DNA from: an uncultured Desulfobacter sp.
Lineage (GTDB): Bacteria; Desulfobacterota; Desulfobacteria; Desulfobacterales; Desulfobacteraceae
Assembly (NCBI GenBank): GCA_963665095.1
Contig: OY762069.1
Span: 1,568,001 to 1,632,000, forward strand
Direction of reading: 5' to 3'
Length of the DNA stretch: 64,000 nucleotides
This document shows positions 57,538 through 64,000 of this stretch, piece after piece (position 1 is the first letter of the stretch; the number at the start of each line of letters is the position of its first letter). The notes beneath the pieces were generated by a model that saw only the letters and a list, made by a program, of their open reading frames with translations, searched no databases and was not told where the DNA came from. A program made the translations under genes and the position numbers.

Positions 57538-58439
57538 GTGTGCCGGGCACGGCACGTGTTCTTAAAAGTGAGTCAAACGCAAACGATTTCAATGCGTTTG
57601 GCAAGTCTCAGACCCAGCCGGATGGAGGCCAAGGGTGTAGTGGTAGTGCAACGGGGGTACCGGTGACGGTGCTTCGGGAGGAAACCGCCTTGCTGAGGCA
57701 AGGTACCACGAAGGTACGGGATAACGTACAGGAATTGGATATAAGGCGCACATACCGGGACGAGCCTGCACAACAAGGTGAAGTCCTCTATCCATTACAG
57801 GGTATGTCCGTAAATCCGGCATTCACGTACTGAAAGACACGTGTTTACCCCGGGAGATCTCCCATGTGCCGGATTGGCTGAGGGCCGGGTAACTGGTCCT
57901 GACCGCATGGGAGAAGTCAGCAGAGGGCATAGTAACCGGTGGAAACGAGCCCTGCAAACCAGAGAGGACTCACCCCGGTGAAGGCCTGAACGGTGCCCGG
58001 TCCGAAGGGTCCGGGTAAATGATAACGACAAATAGGAGATGAGTACTTGTGAACAGATCGCCACAGCAGTTGGAACTGTTTCCAGCGTCACAAATTGCCG
58101 AACGTCTGGGAAACAATGCCCGGTTAATGGAGATGATTCTTGAACGTAACAACATTATCCTGGCATGGAAGCATGTCTGTGCAAACAAGGGTGCCCCAGG
58201 AGTGGATGGCATGAAAACCAGCCAGCTTGGCAGCTACCTTGCAAAGCACTGGCCTGAAATCAAACAAGACCTGCTGGAATGCAGGTACAAACCGCTGCCG
58301 GTTAAAAGGAAGGAAATCCCTAAACCGGATGAAAGATAATACGCCAATATTTAAGAGCCGGCGTGATGGTCGCAGGCGTCACTGTGACCACGGAAGAGGG
58401 AACTCCCCAGGGAGGCCCTCTTTCACCGTTGCTGTCCAA
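57538..58439 (+). mobile_element. Truncated group IIC intron (attC-targeting type): domains I-III and RT fragments
   Basis: Starts GTGTGCCGGGCACGG right after TTGT; TTACCCCGGGAGATCT, AGAAGTCAGCAGAGGGCATAGTA, GAAGGCCTGAAC; ACAA loop at 57770; no domain V/VI seen. Confidence 0.85.
58049..58439 (+). pseudogene. ltrA: Group II intron reverse transcriptase/maturase remnant
   Basis: NKGAPGVDG and YKPLPVKRKEIPKPD, then in another frame IIRQYLRAGV...GTPQGGPLSPLLS; RT2-3 deleted, cut by an IS end. Confidence 0.9.
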
Positions 58440-58440
58440 A

Positions 58441-58992
58441 CCGGATGGCCACTTTAAAATCCCCCACCCGTGGCCGGGTCAAAATCCCCCGGCGACAGAA
58501 TATTAAGATCTAAGTTATGCTCTCAATATTTTTCATTTTCTCCTTTTTTCATCCCTCTTTATTATTGGGCAGCCGGGAGAGCCGCTGGGCGGCCTCTTTG
58601 AGCCGGTAACTCTTCCCTTCAAATTTCAGCAGATGACCATGGTGAAGCAACCGGTCCAGTATGGCCGATGATGCTGCATTGTCTTTTAGAAGCAGACCCC
58701 AGTCTTCAATGGATCGATTGGAAGTGATCACGGTACTTTTCCTTCTGGCATATCGGTTAATGATGACATCCAGCAGGTAGTCAGCTGCATCTTTAGGCAT
58801 TTTCTTCCGGAGGAACAAATCATCAATAACCAAAAGATCCGCCTGTGTAAACAGTTTGAAGACCTTTTTTCGATTTTGAATCTGCTCAGCCTCAACCATG
58901 TCTTCAAAAAACACATGGGCTTCCCGGTAAACCGTTTTCTGGAACAATTGGACGGACGCATGGGCGATGGTCTTGGCAATATGGCTCTTCCC
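58441..58992 (-). mobile_element. istB: IS21-family remnant: 3' half of istB plus right end
   Basis: GKSHIA...DLLVIDDL...TSNR...W....AILDRLLHH....GKSYR; tandem AAAATCCCCC/GGCC boxes at 58441-58497. Confidence 0.85.
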
Positions 58993-59019
58993 ATTATGTA
59001 AAGCTTTACATAATGGGAA
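58988..59019. repeat. Perfect 32-bp palindrome joining the two istB halves
   Basis: TTCCCATTATGTAAAG|CTTTACATAATGGGAA. Confidence 0.95.
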
Positions 59020-59524
59020 AACACATATTGCGACTGCTTTAGGTAACCAGGCCTGCCTGAAAAACCATACAGTTCTGTTCTCTTCTGCCATTGATATCGT
59101 CAACAATCTGATGGCAGCCCAGAAGGCGGGTCAGTTAAAGCAGGAACTGAGAAAATACCTCAAGCCAACTTTGCTGATCATGGATGAACTGGGCTACCTG
59201 CCTATTGACAAGATTGGGGCAGACCTGTTGTTCCAAATTATCAGTCAGCGCTATGAGCAAGGAGCCATCATAATAATCACAAACCGGGTGTTCAAAGATT
59301 GGCCGGAGATCTTCAACAATGACATGACATTAACATCAGCTTTGCTGGACAGGCTTCTTCACCACACCGAGCCTGTGGTCATTGAGGGTAAGAGTTTTAG
59401 AATGAAAGATGTGACGGAAGAATAACAAAGCCGAGGCCGGTCTACATGCGTCTGGAGGCCGGCCCTTTAATCGCCTGCATTTTTAAACCGGGAGATTTAT
59501 GACATGTTCACGCCCCGCCTGACA
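59015..59524 (+). mobile_element. istB: Second, different IS21-family remnant: 3' half of istB plus right end
   Basis: GKTHIATALG...LLIMDELGYLP...LLFQIISQRYE...TN...W..IF...ALLDRLLHH...GKSFR; end ...TTTTAAACCG...CCGCCTGACA. Confidence 0.85.
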
Positions 59525-60093
59525 CCGTTTCAAGTTCCCTTCAACCTCATAAATAGCACTTTAAAATCAAAAACAAAAAAAACAGGCTATAGTGGAAAAT
59601 AAACATTCCCTGTTAAAAATTGCAACAGTCACTTTAATGCCCTGTTAAATGGGACTTAATATATTTGTTCATTTCCAACCTGCCTATCTTTATGAGCCTA
59701 ACTCTCATTGGGGACCCCAGACATATGAAAAAGAACGATGATTTATCAGTATCACAGAACACAAAGAGAATAAACAAGGAATGTGTGTGGTAAATAATAT
59801 TATAATATCAAAAACTTGCCACAGTTTATAGCTATGATATTGATAATTCTTTCATGCATGCCTCCAACGTTATTGATTTTTAGGAAAATGATACGGGGCT
59901 ATTCTATAACTTATCGGGAAAGGGTTTCAGGGGATTTGATGTAAAATATGGGGATTGATGTTTTGTGTTGGGGTTAGGCCCTGTTGTGTCTCTCAACGCT
60001 AAAAAAAGCTATGGGTTGGAAATACGGTTGGAATATATTTTTCCACTATAAAAAAAGGGCCTCAGAAACCCTTCTGAAACCCTTTATTATCAA

Positions 60094-60168
60094 TGGAGGC
60101 GGCTCCCGGATTTGAACCGGGGAATAACGGCTTTGCAGGCCGTCGCCTTACCCCTTGGCTAAGCCGCC
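60094..60168 (-). tRNA. tRNA-Cys(GCA)
   Basis: GGCGGCTTAGCCAAGGGGTAAGGCGACGGCCTGCAAAGCCGTTATTCCCCGGTTCAAATCCGGGAGCCGCCTCCA. Confidence 0.96.
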
Positions 60169-60173
60169 TTTTG

Positions 60174-60248
60174 TGGAGCGGGAAACGGGATTTGAACCCG
60201 CGACTTCGACCTTGGCAAGGTCGCACTCTACCACTGAGTTATTCCCGC
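60174..60248 (-). tRNA. tRNA-Gly(GCC)
   Basis: GCGGGAATAACTCAGTGGTAGAGTGCGACCTTGCCAAGGTCGAAGTCGCGGGTTCAAATCCCGTTTCCCGCTCCA. Confidence 0.97.
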
Positions 60249-60384
60249 TCAGCAACAGGAGTTGTTTATAGTTGGATGGCAGATTTTTGTCAAGAAAATT
60301 TTCATCAAATGCACATTTTTCCTACCAGACAGGGATTGCTGCCAATACAGGCTCTGCTGGTTTTAAACTTCAGAGGTTTGACCG

Positions 60385-61029
60385 CTATTTGTTTTTCTGG
60401 TTCCAATCGGCCATAAAGGCATCAATCCCCTTGTCAGTCATATGGTGGAAAGCCAGCTTCTTAAGCACCCCATAGGGAATGGTGGCTATATCTGCACCTA
60501 TCAGAGCAGACTGCTGAACATGGAGCTGACTCCTGACTGAAGCCACAATAATCTGGGTGTCAAAATCATAATTGGTGTAAATCTGTACAATCTCTTCAAT
60601 CAGCCCCATGCCTTCCTGAGCCAGGTCGTCCAGGCGGCCCACAAAGGGAGAAACAAAAGTGGCACCGGCTTTGGCGGCCATCAATGCCTGAAGGGCTGAA
60701 AATACCAAAGTGACATTGGTTTTAATGCCCTCTGAGGACAAGGTCTTTACAGCTTTAAGACCTTCCACGGTCATAGGAATTTTTACAGCAATATTATCTG
60801 CAATCTTTACAAGTTCCCTGGCTTCCCTGACCATACCGTCATACTCCAGGCTAATTACTTCGGCAGACACCGGACCGTCTACAATTTTACAGATTTCGGC
60901 AATGATATCTTTGAATTCGCCTTCTTCTTTGGCAATCAAAGACGGGTTGGTGGTAACCCCGTCCACCATGCCCATGTCGTTGGCGTCCTTAATCTGTTCA
61001 ATATTGGCTGTATCAATAAAAAATTTCAC
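60385..61029 (-). CDS. tal: Transaldolase (short TalC/FSA family)
   Basis: [42 protein letters not shown] then GTG at 61029. Confidence 0.93.
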   Translation of the reverse strand: MKFFIDTANIEQIKDANDMGMVDGVTTNPSLIAKEEGEFKDIIAEICKIVDGPVSAEVISLEYDGMVREARELVKIADNIAVKIPMTVEGLKAVKTLSSEGIKTNVTLVFSALQALMAAKAGATFVSPFVGRLDDLAQEGMGLIEEIVQIYTNYDFDTQIIVASVRSQLHVQQSALIGADIATIPYGVLKKLAFHHMTDKGIDAFMADWNQKNK

Positions 61030-61552
61030 GGATTTCCTCCTTGTCCAGGGCAATTACCGCCTGGCTGTCATCTATGGGTAAATGTTTGAGCAGTTCGCTT
61101 ACGGTCTTTTTTTTGACCGGGTGAACCAAATTGGGATCTAAATCACAAAGGGGTGTCAGGACAAAATTTCTCTCGTGCATTCGGGGATGGGGGATCTCAA
61201 GCGTATCTGTCACCATCACAGTGTTGCCGTAAAAAATAATATCCAGGTCAATTTTACGCGGCCCGAACCGGAATGGTTTGCCATCCCTGTCCTGTTCTTT
61301 TTCAATCTCTTTAAAAACAGCTAAAAGCGCTTCCGGTGAAAAATCGGTATAAATTTTTAAAGCGGCATTTATAAACCAGTCCTGATCGACAAAATTCTGA
61401 GGCGCTGTCTTATAAAAGTCAGAAATCCCAGCCACACTGATACCGTCGATCTTTTCGAGCCGCTTGACAGCATCACACAAATTGGCAAGTTTGTCTCCCA
61501 TATTGGAACCGATGCTCAAGTATGCAGGTGTTGTTGTATCGTTGTCTGGCAT
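61013..61552 (-). CDS. folK: 2-amino-4-hydroxy-6-hydroxymethyldihydropteridine diphosphokinase
   Basis: [40 protein letters not shown]. Confidence 0.95.
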   Translation of the reverse strand: MPDNDTTTPAYLSIGSNMGDKLANLCDAVKRLEKIDGISVAGISDFYKTAPQNFVDQDWFINAALKIYTDFSPEALLAVFKEIEKEQDRDGKPFRFGPRKIDLDIIFYGNTVMVTDTLEIPHPRMHERNFVLTPLCDLDPNLVHPVKKKTVSELLKHLPIDDSQAVIALDKEEIREIFY

Positions 61553-61566
61553 GGGTTTAAGCAGTT

Positions 61567-61998
61567 TTAAGGAAAATCTATAAAAAGTGTATCTGATACC
61601 GTGCTTTTATTATTGTCAGGACCTAACGCCTGAACCCGGAAATAGTAATGCAGATCCTGGTCAAGGGTATAGACAAAAGTAGTTTTTGGCATGGGAACCA
61701 CACCAACTGACTTAAACATGAAAGGGCACCCTTCACACCCCTCCAGGGGTTTGGTGGCCATGAAAACTTCGAATCCATCCACGTCACCTTCTGCCTGATT
61801 CCCGTTGTCATATGTCCAGGACAGAGTCGCCTCCCGGTTAATCAGGGCATAGGTCAACTGTGCAGGGGGAGCCAGAACCGTCCCCTTCTTTTCAGGGGGT
61901 ACAGGCGGTCCTTTTTTGCCACATGAAGGCAACAGACATGCAACCGCAAGGTAAACAAACAAAAAACAGCTTAAAAAGCGTTGACAGGTCCGCGTCAA
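61567..61998 (-). CDS. Lipoprotein with FN3-like domain
   Basis: Lipobox then CGKKGPPVPP; L.W, CxxCP, YYFRV.A. Confidence 0.75.
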   Translation of the reverse strand: MTRTCQRFLSCFLFVYLAVACLLPSCGKKGPPVPPEKKGTVLAPPAQLTYALINREATLSWTYDNGNQAEGDVDGFEVFMATKPLEGCEGCPFMFKSVGVVPMPKTTFVYTLDQDLHYYFRVQALGPDNNKSTVSDTLFIDFP

Positions 61999-63377
61999 AG
62001 TCCCAGATCCTTTTTAGCGGCATCAACGGCCGCACTGACATTGTCAAAGCCTGTACCGCCAAAAGAGTTACGCCGGGCCACCATGGCATCCAGACTGATG
62101 ACGTCGTAAATATCTTTTTCAATCAGTGCACTGAAAGTCTTCATCTCCTCAAGGGTCAAATCATCCAGGGCCCTGCCCTCTTCCAGTGCAAAAGCCACGG
62201 CCCTGCCGGCAACACCATGGGCCTGTCTGAACGGCATCCCCTTGCTTACCAGATAGTCGGCAAAATCAGTGGCATTTAAATAGCCTTTGGAACAGGCCTC
62301 ACGCATATGGTCTTTATGTATGACAATGTGACCGTCGAACATCCTGGTGTAGACCTCCAGGCAGACCTTTAGGGTATCCACCGTGTCAAACAAGGGCTCC
62401 TTGTCTTCCTGCATGTCCTTGTTATAGGCCATGGGCAAAGATTTCATAATGGTCAAAATGGTCATCAAATTGCCTACCACACGCCCGGTCTTGCCCCTGA
62501 CAAGTTCACATGCATCTGGATTCTTTTTCTGAGGCATAATGGAAGAGCCTGTGGTAAAGGCATCGGAGATGGTAATAAACGCAAACTCCGATGTGGACCA
62601 CAAAATCAGCTCTTCAGAAAGCCTGGAAAGATGAATCATGCAGATGGCAGCGTGGGAGATAAATTCCATTATAAAATCGCGGTCTGATACCGAATCAATG
62701 GAGTTGGTACTCGTACTGCAAAAACCGAGAACCTGGCTTGTATATTCCCGGTCTATGGGAAAGGTGGTCCCGGCCAAAGCGGCTGTGCCAAGGGGCATAA
62801 CATCCACCCGCTTAAGAGAGTCCTGGAGGCGCTCGGCATCCCGTTTGAACATCTCATAATAAGCCAGCATGTGATGGGCAAACAAAACAGGTTGGGCCCG
62901 CTGCATGTGGGTATACCCGGGCATGACGGTTATTCTATTGGCATCGGCCATGGCCACAAGTGTGGCCTGAAACCCTTTGAGCATCTCAATGAGATTTAAG
63001 ATCTCCTCTTTCAGGTAGATTCGGACATCCAGGGCCACCTGGTCGTTACGGCTCCTCGCAGTATGAAGTTTTTTGGCCACATCCCCGCACACATTACCCA
63101 AAGCATCTTCCACATGCATATGGATATCTTCCAGGCTATCTGTGAATACCATGTCACCATTGTCAATTTTTGCCTTGACTTTATCCAGACCCTGGACCAG
63201 GGTTTCTGACTCCTCAGTGGCGATAATCCCCTGCTTTGCCATCATTTCAAGATGGGCCTGACTCCCTTTTATATCACTTTCATAAAGACGCTTATCCACA
63301 TCAATGGAGGCATTGAAGGATTCCATCAGTTTGTCCGTGGATTCAGCAAATCGCCCGCCCCATAGTTTTTCACTCAT
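61995..63377 (-). CDS. argH: Argininosuccinate lyase
   Basis: KLWGGRF, RSRNDQ, PGYTH.QRAQP, GSSIMPQKKNPD. Confidence 0.97.
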   Translation of the reverse strand: MSEKLWGGRFAESTDKLMESFNASIDVDKRLYESDIKGSQAHLEMMAKQGIIATEESETLVQGLDKVKAKIDNGDMVFTDSLEDIHMHVEDALGNVCGDVAKKLHTARSRNDQVALDVRIYLKEEILNLIEMLKGFQATLVAMADANRITVMPGYTHMQRAQPVLFAHHMLAYYEMFKRDAERLQDSLKRVDVMPLGTAALAGTTFPIDREYTSQVLGFCSTSTNSIDSVSDRDFIMEFISHAAICMIHLSRLSEELILWSTSEFAFITISDAFTTGSSIMPQKKNPDACELVRGKTGRVVGNLMTILTIMKSLPMAYNKDMQEDKEPLFDTVDTLKVCLEVYTRMFDGHIVIHKDHMREACSKGYLNATDFADYLVSKGMPFRQAHGVAGRAVAFALEEGRALDDLTLEEMKTFSALIEKDIYDVISLDAMVARRNSFGGTGFDNVSAAVDAAKKDLGL

Positions 63378-63412
63378 CTAACTACTTCCCGCGCTTAACT
63401 TTCTGCGCTTTT

Positions 63413-64000
63413 TTATCTGCTTAATATCAGTTTTTCCAGAATAGCTTTATGCATATGTCGTTTATTTTCCGCCTGATCCCAGAACACGGCATTGTCTGCC
63501 TCCAGAACAGATTCGGAAATTTCCTCCCCCCGGTGGGCAGGCAGGCAATGCAGCACCATAACATCATCCTTGGCCCATTTAAGCAGTTCCTCATTTACCT
63601 GGAACCCCTCAAATATTTTAAGCCGTCCTTCCAGTTCATCTTCCTCGCCCATGCTGGCCCAGACATCAGTGTAAACCACATCCGCACCTTTTACCGCCTC
63701 CTTGGGATCGTTTGTGAACACAATATTATCTTTTGTGTCTGCCCCGGATGCGGCAATGATCTCAGGCTTGATATGATGCTGTTCCGGGCAGGCGACAATC
63801 AGATTAAACCCGAGTACGGACGCGGCATTCACCCAGGAGTTGGCCACATTATTGCCATCTCCCACCCAGGCAATTTTCACCTTTTCATACCCGTCTTTAT
63901 GCTCTATCACGGTCATGATGTCGCTTAAAATCTGACAGGGGTGAAAGGAATCGGTCAGGGCATTAATCACCGGAATAGTGGAACTTTTGGCAAAAGTTTT
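63413..64000 (-). CDS. argF: Ornithine carbamoyltransferase, C-terminal part; 5' end outside the window
   Basis: INALTD..HPCQ, GDGNNV, YTDVWASMG, HCLPAHRG, QAENK. Confidence 0.95.
   Translation of the reverse strand, partial: KTFAKSSTIPVINALTDSFHPCQILSDIMTVIEHKDGYEKVKIAWVGDGNNVANSWVNAASVLGFNLIVACPEQHHIKPEIIAASGADTKDNIVFTNDPKEAVKGADVVYTDVWASMGEEDELEGRLKIFEGFQVNEELLKWAKDDVMVLHCLPAHRGEEISESVLEADNAVFWDQAENKRHMHKAILEKLILSR

Noticed and set aside
57538..58439. Retron, DGR or active RT system
   Set aside because: The RT is a deleted group II intron ORF embedded in intron RNA domains; no YADD motif, template repeat or accessory gene.
58549..59425. Two overlapping ORFs sharing FPLCKALHNGK, read as full genes
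   Set aside because: The shared peptide comes from the DNA palindrome; both are istB fragments lacking their N-termini.
60093..60416. 107-aa plus-strand ORF (MEAAPGFEPG...)
   Set aside because: Antisense shadow of the tRNA-Cys and tRNA-Gly genes.
1..64000. CRISPR array, cas genes, rRNA, prophage structural genes
   Set aside because: No regularly spaced direct repeats or recognisable motifs seen.

Overview
Chromosomal window that looks like a Desulfobacteraceae-type sulfate reducer (inferred from gene content and protein similarity, not from a database search). 1-31 kb and 60-64 kb are mostly housekeeping: mnmA, mtaB, djlA, dnaE, guaB, pfk, tsaC, sppA, rpsA, cmk, hisC, namZ-like, plsB, a MurU-AmgK fusion, dapB, tRNA-Cys/Gly, tal, folK, argH, argF. 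The accessory part (31-60 kb) holds four things. (1) An anti-sigma/Spy-like/ECF operon and a sensor-less sigma54 activator that share a 30-bp ECF-like promoter motif. (2) An intact but catalytically dead IS481-derived HTH protein just upstream of flagellin. (3) A set of only the extracellular flagellar parts (fliC, flgD-flgE-flgN-flgK-flgL, fliD), oversized, hyper-acidic and nearly K/R-free, with shared accessory modules, a hexapeptide-repeat insert in flagellin, sigma28 promoters and a shared operator-like motif. (4) Mobile-element debris beside tRNA-Cys: an attC-like remnant hit by a group IIC intron and probably a second, antisense group II intron, and two different istB halves joined head-to-head by a perfect 32-bp palindrome. 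All calls are by eye; no searches were run.
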